This document shows, in pieces, positions 1 through 13,451 of a stretch of DNA of 64,000 bases. Source of the DNA: Epiperipatus broadwayi (taxonomy: Eukaryota; Animalia; Onychophora); assembly GCA_028023455.1 (NCBI GenBank), contig JAQFVV010000005.1:6820001-6884000 (forward strand). The letters are read 5' to 3'. Within the stretch, counting starts at the first letter, position 1. Each line of letters opens with the position of its first letter. Position numbers and translations under genes: made by a program. The notes under the pieces are model-generated. The model had not been told where the DNA came from. It worked only from the letters and a program-made list of their open reading frames with translations, and made no database searches.

Positions 1-2340
1 AGTTGTAGACAGTTTAAAATCTTAACTTTCAAAGAAATTAAAAGTAATTATTTTAATTAATGTCGTGTAATTAATCCAACATTCAAAAGGTTTTTTTTAT
101 TATTATTATCTTTTACATTTGATTAAATTTTAATTTATTTGTTTAAATTTTATTTAGTTTAAATTTTAAACAATAGAGGGCAAACAACCATAGACCGTTA
201 TAGTGAACTTGCATCAATCATTCTTTTATAACATAATGTAATAATGTATTTTAAAATATTAACGACATTTGTACAGAAAGTCAAAGGAAAATACATTAGA
301 AATAATAATACCTCAATATTAAAAATCAAAGCTGAAAACATTTTCATTTTGAACAGTAATTTAAAATTGAAAAACATTTCTGAGTTCTGCATATAATATC
401 ATTTAGACAAACAGAATGTTCTTTAAACTTATGATATTTGAAGAATCGCTTATATGTATTGCATACAATTGTAATTTTCTCAGAAGTTCAGCGTAAATCA
501 AAATAAATAAATAGTAAAAAAATATCCCTCTAGTGCAATGAAAATGTATTATTTTCAGAAATTCAATTACGTTTTCAGTTCAAAGGTTTAGATAATAAAT
601 TTATATTTAATGCGAAGATCTAATAAATAAAACTAAAACTCCAAAAAATATCAATTTTTTTATTATTAGAAATTAAAAAATAAGTTTTGGAAAACAATAA
701 ATAAATAATTTCAATTATTCACGTTATAAATTTAAAATCTACGTTTCAATGCTTGTTGAGATATAGATCTATAAATAAAAATCATACAAATTTATTTAAA
801 GATATGTAAAAAAAAAAGTTGATTGTTAGCAATATATATCGGGTTAATAAATCATTACTTCAACTAGAAAAATGATTTACTTCTCGATTTTTTCAGACGC
901 TCATTGCTAAGGTTTACAGCCTTGTTAAAAAACTATTCTCGCTATGATGGAAATTTACGTTTGTAAGAGGAACTGATTGATGTGATGTGATGTACTGTAG
1001 CTTCTCCTTAAACGAAGTCAAGAATCTCTGAGCAATTATGCCCATAGAAACCTGTTAGCCACTTTATTTGTCATTCCCCAGTCTAAGTTTTCCCATATTC
1101 TGCTGCCCTCTCGCGTCTAAACATGGAATGATTATTAGAAAGTTTATAAAAATGCAACTAATTGAATTGTATTTTAAAGATTAATGAAAGAAAATATAAT
1201 ACATAATTTGTGGACAATATATTAACTTATGCGGCTGAAAGGATCTTGTTGTTATTTGAAAGAAGAACCTTTGAATCTTCTTTGAGACTTAAGGATATGA
1301 GAAAAGTAATGTCTTAATGCCAACTCCATACGTTCTTGTCATTGCACCTGCTATTATTATATTATTATTTATGTAATGACAAAACCTGGATGGGTTGCTT
1401 ACCATTAAGCAATATCTATTATAATGAATTTATTAGATTTTTAATTCTGGCATTAAGATTATGAAACTCCATGGTCTTCTCATTTTGCTTAATAGCTCTT
1501 TAGCCAAGATATGAGTGGTGTTTCTTGAAGGCATGACGATGTCCCCAACTATGACTGAGCGATCAGCAAACAAATGTACAATAAACAATAATGGCGAAAG
1601 TTTTTGCTACTCACACAATAAATATATATAGTTCACTTTTGATTCACTTCTCCGGCGCACTTCACAACTGACTACTTTCTGCACGGTTTCCCAAACTCTT
1701 TGGCCCGGTCCTGCTGCTGCTTGCGAACATGTTGGCTTTGCACTAGAGCGTTGCACCGATACTTAAGCTTTTTTGAGCTATTGTCACTTAAGTTCTCTCT
1801 GCACTCATTCACTTGGTAAGTTCACTGGAAATCAGAACAACGCACTTTGTTGCTTTCTCTAATTATAGTTTGTTATCATATGATGGAATTCATCTTAACT
1901 TTTAATTACACACACAATTAATTACTTATTTCCATGTAAGGCAATTCTCCATCTCTTTAAATTAATTAGTCTCTTATCAAGAAATATTTATCGATCGCAA
2001 TTAACGTCAATTTATTAATTAAATTTAACGCTTATTATTTAGCCATGTAAAATATATTTTCTACTTTTTCTGGAGTGCACAAACTTATACTTAATGTAAA
2101 TATTTTTACAAAATATAATAGTGTATATGAGTGAATTTTTTAAAAACATATATACTGTAAATAATGAAAGACAAAACAAAATGGCATCCCTTATTTAAAT
2201 TCACCAGTCGCAGTTGTAGACTCAAACTGATATTCGATGATAACATTTTATTTAGATACTAGATTGTGAAAATTGGAAAAAAGGCTAATATTAAATGGAA
2301 TATTGTTGAACTTTTTGTAAAAAAGAAAATGAGATGTCAA

Positions 2341-2411
2341 ACGTTGGTGGTCCAGCGGTTACCATAGCTGCCTTCCAAGCAACTTGCCCGGATTCACTTC
2401 CGGTCAACGCA
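2341..2411 (+). pseudogene. tRNA-Gly-TCC: tRNA-Gly(UCC) retropseudogene
   Basis: acgttggtggtccagcggttaccatagctgccttccaagcaacttgcccggattcacttccggtcaacgca matches the conserved eukaryotic tRNA-Gly-TCC sequence (GCGTTGGTGGTATAGTGG...GCTGCCTTCCAAGCAG...CCGGCCAACGCA). The T-loop/B-box is damaged (gattcac). An A-rich tail follows, and a 15-bp direct repeat aaaagaaaatgagat flanks it (2321-2335, 2433-2447). Confidence 0.85.
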
Positions 2412-2923
2412 TTTGACATAAAAAAAAGAAAGAAAAGAAAATGAGATAAAATTGATTTAAACTATTGATGTGTATTTTACTACAAATACAGAATATACTG
2501 AAAACTCATGTATGGTGTCATTCATTAGAAATAAAATATAATAATAATATTTAAAAAAATTGATGGTATATGAGACAGAATAGTAATATTAGTTATTCAA
2601 ATTAATGAAATATATCAAATGCACATAATTCAGGTTTATTCCTGAAGCCTTCCAAGCAACTTGCCCGGATTCACTTCCGGTCAACGCATTTGACATAAAA
2701 AAAAGAAAGAAAAGAAAATGAGATAAAATTGATTTAAACTATTGATGTGTATTTTACTACAAATACAGAATATACTGAAAACTCATGTATGGTGTCATTC
2801 ATTAGAAATAAAATATAATAATAATATTTAAAAAAATTGATGGTATATGAGACAGAATAGTAATATTAGTTATTCAAATTAATGAAATATATCAAATGCA
2901 CATAATTCAGGTTTATTCCTGAA
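2370..2923. repeat. Tandem duplication, 2 x 277 bp (2370-2646, 2647-2923)
   Basis: Both units begin gccttccaagcaacttgccc and end caggtttattcctgaa; no differences seen by eye. Confidence 0.95.
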
Positions 2924-3255
2924 ACTAGTTCTCATTACGATGAACAAATATAGGATTTTTATATGAATGTACAAAGTGCATTTTATCAGACTAAAGAACA
3001 TTTTAAAATTGTCATTGGAGACATTAATGCCGAAATTGATAAATTATTGAAAAACAAGTGTTTGAGGGTAAATTTGGTTATGGTGATTGAAGTGAAAGAA
3101 CACTCAGACATGTGAAATTTTCAGGAAACAATGTATTATGGATTCTTTCTTTGAGAATTAATGCAAATTTAAAATTTAAATAAAGTTAAATTTTTTAAAA
3201 GACATTAATTACTCAATAATCCAATATATAAATACAATTAAAATGCCATCATCAC

Positions 3256-3912
3256 TGCAGTGTCCTCAGCTGTAGCTGAACGATCACAAATATTAATATT
3301 TAATTATAAATAAGAATCACTGACTAATTTACACTAAATCTTTATTGGTACATAATAATTCACACTAACAACAGTTATGGTAATTGGTTAACATATATAT
3401 ATATATACATAATCTGACTGCATTAAAGTTCAAATCCCCTTCTCTGTCTACAGTAATATAAAACGCACAGTATCTTGACTAGGTGATGAAAATAACCCTC
3501 ATAAGAGCTACTTAGGGCATTTAAAAATTATATTAAGACCGGTGCGGTCTGCTTTTACTCTAATCGGCCGGATTCACCTACAGGTGCTGAGAACCTGGGA
3601 TCGCAGTCCGAAAAGCAGCAGCACTCATGAAGAACAAAAACACAAGGTGCGATATATCTTTTTTCCCCTGCTCTTTTTTATATTGCCACATTTTGAAATT
3701 CCACTCTCGTCACTTTTTTTCTGGAGTATTAATACATTTTCTCGCGTGTGTGTAAACGGCTTCATTTGGTTATTAATACCCTTGATAATCCAATCTGTTA
3801 AACAACGCCTCTGTAATTACTTTATTTAGTTAATGCAGCCTGATCTAATTACTTTTATTTTCACTTAATTAATGTGTGCCTTTACTGACTCTATTTACAT
3901 ATTTATATGACA
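3256..3912 (-). repeat. 3' LTR of the Mag-like element
   Basis: Starts tgcagtgtcctcagctg, ends atatgaca; direct repeat of 7803-8453 with scattered substitutions. Confidence 0.93.
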
Positions 3913-3921
3913 CCTCCCCTT
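3913..3921 (-). other. Polypurine tract (aaggggagg on minus strand)
   Basis: cctcccctt directly abuts the 3' LTR. Confidence 0.85.
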
Positions 3922-4118
3922 ACTCCAGAAAAGATAGTTGTGTAATGGCACTATATATAGTCTTTTAGTTTGTCCGGTCTCTGGATTTTCCGTTTTGGTC
4001 TCACTGTATTGCTTTGTGTTTCATCTGGCTTTGAGCTTCATTCTGTATCATTCTCACTATTCGTTGGTGCTGTCTCTGTCTCCATTGGTCGCTGTTGTTT
4101 CATTTCTGTGGTTTGCTG

Positions 4119-7100
4119 CTAATTCAACAATAACTGTCTTCCAGGTAACATTTGTATTTCCTCTACAACTCGCTGACGGACGTGGTTTACGTGTCTTCTA
4201 TAGTTAGTACCATCCTGTAGCTGCACGATTACTATTTGTTGAGACAACAGTTTCATAATTATTCCCTCTACCCATTTCTTTTGCAACACATCCCGGACCC
4301 AAACTTTATCCCCGATTACGAACTTATTTACATTTTTGTCGCTGTTGTCATTTTTGACAGGATCTGGCAGTAATAAGTCTAATTTAATACACAGTTTCCT
4401 GCCATTAACAGTTCTGCGGGTGATTTCCTGGTGGCCGTTGATGGCATTGCATGTTGCCACAACATCGCGTTATCAATTTCTTGTTGTAAATCCCTATTAC
4501 TTGATTTCTTTAATGCCTTTTTGATTATTTGGACAGCCTTCTCTGCCACACCATTTGACTCCAGGTGATATGGTGGTGTATGTATGTGTCTGGTGCCATT
4601 ATCATGAAAATAGCTTTCTATTTCCCTAGCTATGAACGCAGTTCCGTTATCAGACACGATGGTTTCCGTAAACTGTGACACGAAACACAGCATTTAACAT
4701 CTTAACTGTTTCAGTAGCAGTTAAATCTTTTACAATTTGGCACACTGTCCACTTTGAGAAAGCATCTATGACTATGAGCAAGAGTTTTCCATTCACCGGT
4801 CCAGTATGGCCTATGTGGACCCTTTGCCATGCTTTTGTGGGGGCTGAGCACAAATTGTATATCTTAGCTCTCATGTTCATTTCTGTTTGACATGCCGAAC
4901 ATTTTTTGATATTTCACTCTATGTTGAAGGGTGGCCCTCGTGCAGTAAGTTGAATACTTGCTGTCGGCTTTCTATTGGTATCACGACTTGATCACACATT
5001 AATATGCATCCTTTGCATATAGATAGTTTATTACGATTTGTCCAGAACCCTGGGTCAACGTACTGAGGCTTTGAAGATGGCCATCCATTTTTGATCCATC
5101 CCATAAGTATCTGATAGCCCTGATCAGAGCTCGTCCAATTGGCTACGCATTTGCTAATCAGTATTTCTGAGTTTAGGGTGTCAATATAATTTATTTCTGC
5201 CTCCATCGTTGATTGTTCTTGCTTGTCCAGCATTCTTGATAATGCATCGGCATGTGCAATCTCTTTTCCTTTTTTGTATTCTAATATGTAGTCATATGCT
5301 GGCATTATGTTTCTCCAGCGCATCATGTGTGGGCTTAAATGTTCAGAAGCTAAACGATCATGGCCCAAAATACCCAGTAGTGGCTTGTGGTCCATAATTA
5401 TGTGGAAATTCCTACCGAACAGGAATTGATGGAATTTTTTAAGGCCGAACATTATAGGCAAAGCCTCCTTGTCAATTTGGCTATAGTTTTTCTCTGATTT
5501 TGAGAGAGTTCTCGATGCGTAAGCAATAGGGCATTCCCCTTTGTGACATGGGTGAGATAGCACCGCCCCCACTCCCCACTCTGATGCATCAGTTATTAAA
5601 CGTACTTCTAAACTATTATTATAATGCACCAATAGTTTCTCAAATGCACCAATAGTTTCTCAGATGACAATAAAGTTTTTATCCAACAGAATGCTTCTTC
5701 GTGAATTCTAGACCAATGCCACTTCTGATCTTTTTTTAATAGTTTGTATAATGGCTTAGTTATGTGAGCTTTACCTTCCAAGAAGGGCTCAAAAAAATTT
5801 ATGAGACCTAAGAAAGCCTGTAACTGTTTAATATTAGTAGGTGGCGATGCATTTTTCACTGCATTTACTTTCTCCAGGGATGGTCTCTTCCCTTTATCAG
5901 AAATCAAATAGCCTAGAAATGTCAATTCTTTTGACATCCATATGCTCTTGCTGGCATTTAATTTAACCCCAGATTAATTAAGTTTTTCGCATACGATAAA
6001 TAGTCTGTTGCGCAACATTTCTTGTGATGTAGCTGTGATAAGTATGTCATCATAATAGGGAATGACCCCCCTTGGAGACCCTGTAGTAACACATTGATCC
6101 TTGACTGAAATATATTTAGGACTGTGGATATGCCAAAAGGTAAACGATTGCACCTAAATAGACCATATGGGTCGTTAAAGCCAAGATTTCCGCTGATTTT
6201 TCAGTAATCTGAATCGGGTGGAAAGCAGAATTAAGGTCTAGCTTCACAAAATAGGAAGCATTTTGCAGAATGGCCAAAACTTCCCTTACATTTGGGACAG
6301 GATAAGCTCCCCTGTTTAAAAATTTATTTACCGTTATTTGGTAATCTCTGCATAATCTAATATCCCTGTTAGGCTTAGTTATTACAACTAAAAGCGTGGC
6401 CCAATCAGATGTTTCGATGGGCGTCAACACTCCTTTATCCACCAATGACTTTAACTTGTCTTTGACTTTAATTTTTTGCGCAAACGGAATTTTACGCGGT
6501 TTACAAACATGCAGTCGCGCATTTTCCGATAATTCTATTTCTACTGGTTTTGATGCGATCAATCCCAGTTTTCATTGAACAGATCTGGATATTTATTAAC
6601 TAGTTCATCTTCCAAAGAGATTTTCTTTATATTAATTTGTATCCCGATCTCACGAAACGATTCCCTCCCTACAATGGGGCTAATTTTACCATTTACAATA
6701 TATAGGGGTAGATTCGCTTTTTTGCCATTGTATTTAATTGGCGCTTTAACCTGACCAATTATTTTGAGGGCATTACTATTTACGTCTCTCGCTTTAATAT
6801 TTGTTTTTTCTAAAACAATGTTTGCCTTATCATATAATTTTTTCCAATCTGACCGTGAAATTATGGAAATTGCCGATCCGCTATCAATTTCCATTTCTAT
6901 TTCTTTGCCATAAATTTTAAGTTTAATCATAAACTGGTGTATACTTTTAATGTCTAGACTTTTAATTATATGGGGGGTTGCAAATTTCCCTCCCCTATCA
7001 TGAGGCATGTGGGAATGTTCTTTTATTTTTCCTTTGTCATCTTGTCTACAGACGCATGACAAATGACCTTTTTTGCCCCATTTAAAACACACTTCTTTCT

Positions 7101-7769
7101 GCCATTTGCATTCTCTTGAAATATGGCCTGTTTTGCTACAACAGAAATATTATTTTAGCATTACTAGTATTTGACTTCATTGGGCTTTGATTTCCTCCAT
7201 ATGTTTTGAATACCCCCATTTTTATGGTTTCATCTGATTTACATCTAAAAGCTTGTGCCTGCTCCAATATCAGCTCACACGCTATACCTTTTTGATGGCC
7301 ATTTCATAGGTTAACTCCATCTCTACTAGCAATTGCTGTCTGAGCCTATCATCAGCCATGCCCCAAAGTAGCTGATCCATTAAAATTTCGTCAACGAAAT
7401 CACCATAGTTACAATCTTTAGCCAATTCTCTTAAATCTAGATTATAATCATTAATTTTCTCACTGCTAAATTGTTTCCTATTTCGGAGAGTTAATCTAAC
7501 TATGTGGCGAGAGGGACGGGGGCTAAACTGATCATCTAACTTCTTGTTCACTTCCTCATACTTGACCTTCTCAGGCAAAGGCACTTCAAAATTTTTATGA
7601 ATAACCTCAATTACTCTTTCATGCCATAACACATTAGGGCCGCTGTTTTTCTCTTGTTATCATCAATCGCGTTCAAAGTAAAGAAATTTTCGATCTGTGT
7701 TCTATATAACGGCCATTCGAACACGTTACTGGCATCGAATTCACCTATACTATTCTGCCCTAATGACAT
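4119..7769 (-). pseudogene. gag-pol of the Mag-like element (gag, CCHC knuckle, aspartic protease, RT, RNase H, integrase), broken into several ORFs
   Basis: Gag start MSLGQNSIGEFD at 7769; knuckle CFKWGKKGHLSCVC; protease IDSGSAISII; RT IRLCRDY and PYYDDIL (YYDD codons at 6046-6057); RNase H TDASEWGVGAVL and NYSQIDKEAL; integrase HEGH, VIDAFSKW, SDNGTAF, SNGVAEKAVQ. Confidence 0.92.
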
Positions 7770-7786
7770 AATTTAAGGTTGTTTGA

Positions 7787-7796
7787 GACTGTGCCA
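7787..7796 (-). other. Putative primer-binding site (tggcacagtc), tRNA-Ser-like
   Basis: TGG-initial motif 6 nt inside the 5' LTR on the minus strand; the tRNA assignment is tentative. Confidence 0.5.
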
Positions 7797-7802
7797 GAAA
7801 AT

Positions 7803-8453
7803 TGCAGTGTCCTCAGCTGTAGCTGAATGATCGCAAATATTAATACTTAATTATAAATAAGAATCACTGACTAATTTACACTAAATATTTATTGGTACAT
7901 AATAATTCACACTAACAACAGTTATGGTAATTGGTTAACATATATATACATAATCTGACTGCATTAAAGTTCAAATCCCCTTCTCTGTCTACAGTAATAT
8001 AAAATGCACAGTACCTTGACTAGGTGATGAAAATAACCCTCGTAAGAGCCACTTAGGGTGTTTAAAAATTATATTAAGACCGGTGCAGTCTGCTTTTACT
8101 CTAATCGCCCGGATTCACCTACAGGCGCCGAGAACCTGGGATCGCAGTCCGAAAAGCAGCAGAACTCATGAAGAACAAAAACACAAGGTGCGTTATATCT
8201 TTTTTTCCCTGCTCTTTTTTATATTGCCACATTTTGAAATCCCACTCTCGTCACTTCTTTTCTGGAGTATTAATACATTTTCTCACGTGTGTGTAAATGG
8301 CTTCATTTGGTTATTAATACCCTTGATAATCCAATCTGTTAAACAATGTCTCTGTAATTACTTTATTTAGTTAATGCAGCCCGATCTAATTACTTTTATT
8401 TTCACTTAATTAATGTGTGCCTTTACTGACTCTATTTATATATGTATACAACA
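7803..8453 (-). repeat. 5' LTR of the Mag-like element
   Basis: Direct repeat of 3256-3912; ends tatacaaca followed by TSD atcac. Confidence 0.93.
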
Positions 8454-11400
8454 ATCACAATCCATCAGGTATACAATTAGTGAGTTAATATGACAAAAGA
8501 AATGGACATTTTCTGATCATAGTTATTTTAGATCTATTTTGATGCTTTGAAAGCAATATGTGAAATTGAAAAATATCACATTCCTATTAAACCTATCAAT
8601 GGTAATTTTCTTTAGGATAACATTAATATTTCAAACACAGAAAAAATATTTTCATCATTATTTGAATTCAGATACAAGAATTGAGATAATAAATTTTAAT
8701 GATGTATCTATGGAAAGATTGTATATTTGCATAAAATATCTTGAAAGAAGTTTGAAAATATGGTGATGATAAATTTTAGAAATGATGAGTTTTTTTAAAA
8801 AAAAATATGTCCTCAAAATTTGGGTCACTTGATCTTAATGATCCCTCTACTGATCCAATTTTTAAAAACAAAGTAAATAGATGAGATTGTAGTAATTATC
8901 ATAAAATATCATTGTTATCTACTACAGTAAAAGTATTACATGAATCATATTGACTACGTAACTATTAGATACACAATGTGGTTTTAAAAAGCACTAGAAA
9001 AACATTATTTTGTCATTAAACAAATTAAAAAAATTATTGAGAACAAATCACTGTTGGTATTTTGTACCATCTTGGATTAGACTTTAAATAGGTATTATCA
9101 TATACATATAATAAAAAAAATATTATTTTCATTATGCTGTGAGTTATTAATTGTTTAAGGTTGTCAAGTGATATTTTATTTAGTTTTAAATAATTATAGA
9201 AATACAAAAATAATTCATGATTTGTTTTTATTTTTATCTTTTTAAAAGTAATTTGCAATTGATTTTTTTTTTCTCTTTTAAAAATAATACAGAGTAAACT
9301 TATCATCTTATTTTAAAAATTGTTAATAAATTCAAAGACATACATTTTTAATAAAATTATAATAATGCAGTATTTATCTACATATTTCAAAGACAATAGA
9401 TTTAGATAAATGATAAATTACATTTTCACATGTGTGTGTCAATACATGTATTCATGTTTGGATTATTGTTTAAATACAAGATTATTGTTTAAAGATTTTT
9501 AAAATTGAGAATATTTTAAAGGACAATATTTGTTATTCAAAAATATATTATTTGTAACTGCATTTTTTCAGTGCTTAGCTATCAAAAAAATAAAATTAAT
9601 TAAAAATCCATTAGCTTTTATAACTCTTCTTTAAAATTATGAAATTTAGCTTTCTATTGTTAAACTTCTTAACTTAGTTTAACAAAGGCAATTCGTGAAT
9701 GGAAAATGACACTGCAAAGATTGCATTTACTTTAACTCTAAATACCCAAAATTTATTTTTAAAATTAAGATTTAACGTACACTCAAAAGTTAGAAACTGG
9801 TAAATAGTTGTGTAAACATTTCATTATATATGTATGCTATGTGAGATTCTTAGGAAATTACAAAATTAAATCCATACCCATTGTGACAATGGGTTCGAAC
9901 CCAGTCACAAATAATTTATTTAATCGGTAAACATATGTAGACGTAGATATATATAATATTTAATTTTTTATTACGTGGTGATGGTTACAAATACACAAAC
10001 GCGTGGGGAGGGACTGTCATTTTTAAATGATATATATGTGCACGTGACAAATGCATGTATGAATGAATTAGGTAGTGAAAAGAGAGAAACAAGATTTTGT
10101 TTCACGCTGTAAAAACTAGAGGTTTCCGGCAGAATGAGATTCCATTTTTTTGTTATATTACAATAGAAGCTACGACACGAGTTTTCACATGTCTAACAGA
10201 TCTGGTTAGTCCACATTAAAAATTGGAAGTGAGATAAAAAAGAAGCTTCTAGAACAAATGGAGGGGGCTATAAAAGCGTGCCACCCAGAATGCATTTTAT
10301 CTTTTTTCGGCAGAGCTACAACCATGAACACCAAAAAGGTTTTAAATATTTAGCTTATATAATGGCGATTTCAAAAGAAATGTCAGGGTAAGAGAAGACC
10401 GCATCAGATTCAGGTCCCTAATTCCAACCTGCTGCAGCTGCCTCAACCAATAAAACCATTATGCCTCAAAATAACACATAATTCCCAACGTGGAACTAGG
10501 ATGAACCTCGCCGGCCAATGTGCATGAAGATCTCAAACCTTTGCCTTGATTTGCCTGATTTACCTGTGGAATGGAACTCTTTAATAAAGAAATAAATCTG
10601 CTTCTACTACTTCCCTGGGGAAAGCCAGATAACGAACTTTAATCATTGATTTTTAAATTTTCTTTATGAAAAGGAAATTTTGTACTTGCAATAATAAGTG
10701 AAGGGGACATGTGAACTAATTTAATAAGATTTCATTAAAGCCTCATTCCATTACGGACATAATAAAGTAATTAGTGTCGAAAGTCACGTGATACAAACTT
10801 TTTCGCAGTATCGACCTTCACTACTTGAGATATGTATGAGAGATCTATTGGAAAGAATGACGTATGTGTGCGATTTAAAATGACAGAGTAATAAATACAT
10901 TTTTTTATAATATTAAATAAAAATACATAAGCACGTATATTGATACATCATATATATATATATATTCGGTAGAGAACGCCTGTCTAGTGAGAGGTAATGG
11001 GTTTTGTTATAACATATACCAATTAAAGATTTAAAAAGATAAATATTGCACCGTAATATATTACACATTTGTACTTTCAAAATGAAATGTGATGTAATAG
11101 ACTTTTCACATGAAAAATATAATTTCCAAAGCCAACAAATTTAATCAAAATTTAACTGAACTAGCCTTTTGAAATACCTGCTTAGTTTTATTATGACGTA
11201 TTATTTATTTTGTACTGCTACAAATAGAAGTTGTTGGGATTATTTTTATTTTTTGACAGGATTAATATGGATTTTTTTTATGCAGATGAATACAACATTA
11301 AACATACACAAACATTCGGGCAACATTTCAAAATTCCACCTGAAATATCAGTTGCATCTTTTCGGTAATCGTTTTTTACTCAAAATGATAAAAATTTGAA

Positions 11401-12448
11401 CTTTCTTTTTGCTTACTTTTTGTGGAACTATAATTGTTTGCTAATTGTAATCTGCTGTTAATTTGTGCCATCTTTGTTGTATTTTTTTAAACCAAATAAC
11501 CACTGTTATTTAATCTGCTATTACTATTTAAGTCTGTTAAAATCTGTTCTCTAAAAATGTGCAGTTATTATTTAAGTGTCCTGCAATCTGTTTGAAAAAA
11601 AGCTTCTTTAAATAATTTTTCTCCAATAAGCTTCAAAATTTGAATGTTTCTCTAAATAATTTTGCATTGAAAGCCAAAAAATTTGAACCTTCTTTTTGCC
11701 TATTTTTTGTTCATTTCTGCCATCTTTCTCCTATTTTTTAAACCACCAAATAACCACTGGGTGCTGCAATCTGTTCTTTAAATCAAAATAATGTTCTTTT
11801 TAATGGATTTTTATGCTGCAAACATCCAAGTGCCTACTACAAATGCCTGGAATGAAATTGGTAATATTATTTTTTGTGTAATATTTCTATTGCTTTATAT
11901 TTTTTAATTATTGATGAATTTAAATGATATGCTAATTAATTTGATAAATTTTTGGGAGACAATTAGAAGCTCTCGTGTAATGTTATTTTTAGTTTATTTA
12001 AATCGCTGCTTTGGAATCTGATCACAGATGCATATTTGCAAATTTTAAAATCTAAATATTGATGAAATTCTATTTTTGTAACTCCCGCCAGTGTTAATTT
12101 TTTTGACATTTACCGTTAAAGTTTTTCTGTTTTGAATTTCATAGCATTTTTTTTTTTTTTGTAATTTATATTTTACTTATTTTTGAGCCATTTCAATATT
12201 TTGTGTGTGTGCGTACTTTTTTAAAATTTACATATTATTTCACTTGATTTTTTACTTACTTTTGATATCTTGCCTTAGGCTAAATTTTTTACTTGGGTTT
12301 TTTACTTACTTTTGATGTCTTGCCTTAGGCGTTTTAATTTTCCATCGATTTCAGCCGTTTTTGGATTTAAATTTATCACTTGAAGGCTTCTTGGTGGTGC
12401 TGCAATGTCGCCTAGTGGCTACATTACATGTCACTGAACACTACCAAT

Positions 12449-13451
12449 TCTTAATTTATAAATATTATGCCCAATTATTTTTTTATGAATATAATGTGTT
12501 TTATCAGTTTTTCATATCATATTATAGAAATATTATATGATAAATAGTATGTATTTAAAACTATTTTTATATGTTATTTTAAGTTATGCATTTGAAATAT
12601 TATATGCCATAGGTGATATAAATATTGTATGGGCAAATTTTTAGAATATTTATTCTGTCCAAGTCTTTAATATTAGTAATATGATAATAATTATACATTT
12701 GTACATAAGTGTGGAGTTTTGATTATCCCATCATTTTGCCTATCCTACTTATTGATGTTTAGAATAATTGTTGAAGGCATGTGTATTATGACTTATGCCT
12801 TTATTTGCCCTTGATTTTGTAAGAGTTGTTTTGGAAAAGGAAATGGTGTTAATATTTATAGCATGAAAATTTGATATGTAAAGGCTATGATAAAAAATTC
12901 TTTGTCTAAATGTAATTAGTTATTGTGCATAGGCTTAGAAAATTATACATTTTAGTCTTTTACAGTTGTTGGCAACATTATCATTAAAAATTTGGAAGAA
13001 AGGTTCTTATTCTAATGTTCTAATTAAAAAGTCAATCAGATTATAAATGCAAGAGAGAACTTTATTTATTAAAAAATGACAAGTATATTTTCTTTTGTGA
13101 ATTAAATATTGAAATATTATGATTTATTGCATTGTAGTTATATTAAAGTATAAGATATTTATATGTTATATTTTATACTATTAATAAAATCTTTATTTTA
13201 TTCTTAATTAATGACTGCATTTGTTATCATCGTCTTCATAATCAAAAAATTGAAATCACAAAAAATAAAAGTACTTGAATTATAAAAGTAGAAAACATAC
13301 GTCATGTGATTAATGTTTAGACAAGTCAAAGTTACATTAATATTTTAGATTTTTCATTATATTTTAGTTTTAATTATAAGAAAACTTAAAGTGACTTCTG
13401 AGTATAAACAAAATTCTCTTCCATATTCCTTGCATCACAAAGGTTATCACA
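12449..13451 (+). repeat. ~1 kb LTR-like repeat, copy 1 (probable 5' LTR of the old gypsy relic)
   Basis: Colinear with 23142-24100; ends ggttatcaca and is followed by tgttgctgaataag (PBS-like after CpG decay), then gag-like sequence. Confidence 0.6.

Larger units (their letters stand above)
2160..3160 (+). mobile_element. Decayed 5' part (APE endonuclease region) of an RTE-clade LINE, same family as 55027-57960
   Basis: Colinear DNA similarity to 55025-55720, e.g. ttagttattcaaattaatgaaatatatcaaatgcacataattcaggtttat vs ttagttatacgacttaatagcagataccaaatgcagataattcaggtttat, and cattttaaaattgtcattggagacattaatgcc vs cattttaaaattgttatgggagactttaatgct. Interrupted by the tRNA retrocopy and a tandem duplication. 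Confidence 0.75.
3256..8453 (-). mobile_element. Ty3/gypsy LTR retrotransposon (Mag / K02A2.6-like), full structure, coding region frameshifted
   Basis: Two LTRs with TG...CA ends, 5-bp TSD atcac (3251-3255 and 8454-8458), PPT and PBS-like motifs, and minus-strand gag-PR-RT-RH-IN order. Confidence 0.95.

Noticed and set aside
1440-1545. Minus-strand DIV-CLQET and NLNARI motifs suggesting an APE endonuclease
   Set aside because: Needs a frameshift and the motifs are far closer than in real APE domains; too weak to call.
3542-8370. Twin 95-aa ORFs at 3542-3829 and 8083-8370
   Set aside because: They lie inside the two LTRs, start at GTG and show no recognisable domain; the duplication is explained by the LTRs.
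9877-9910. Overlapping hairpins cccattg-tga-caatggg and ttgtgac..tgggttcgaaccca..gtcacaa
   Set aside because: Very short, single occurrence, compatible with a SINE B-box remnant.
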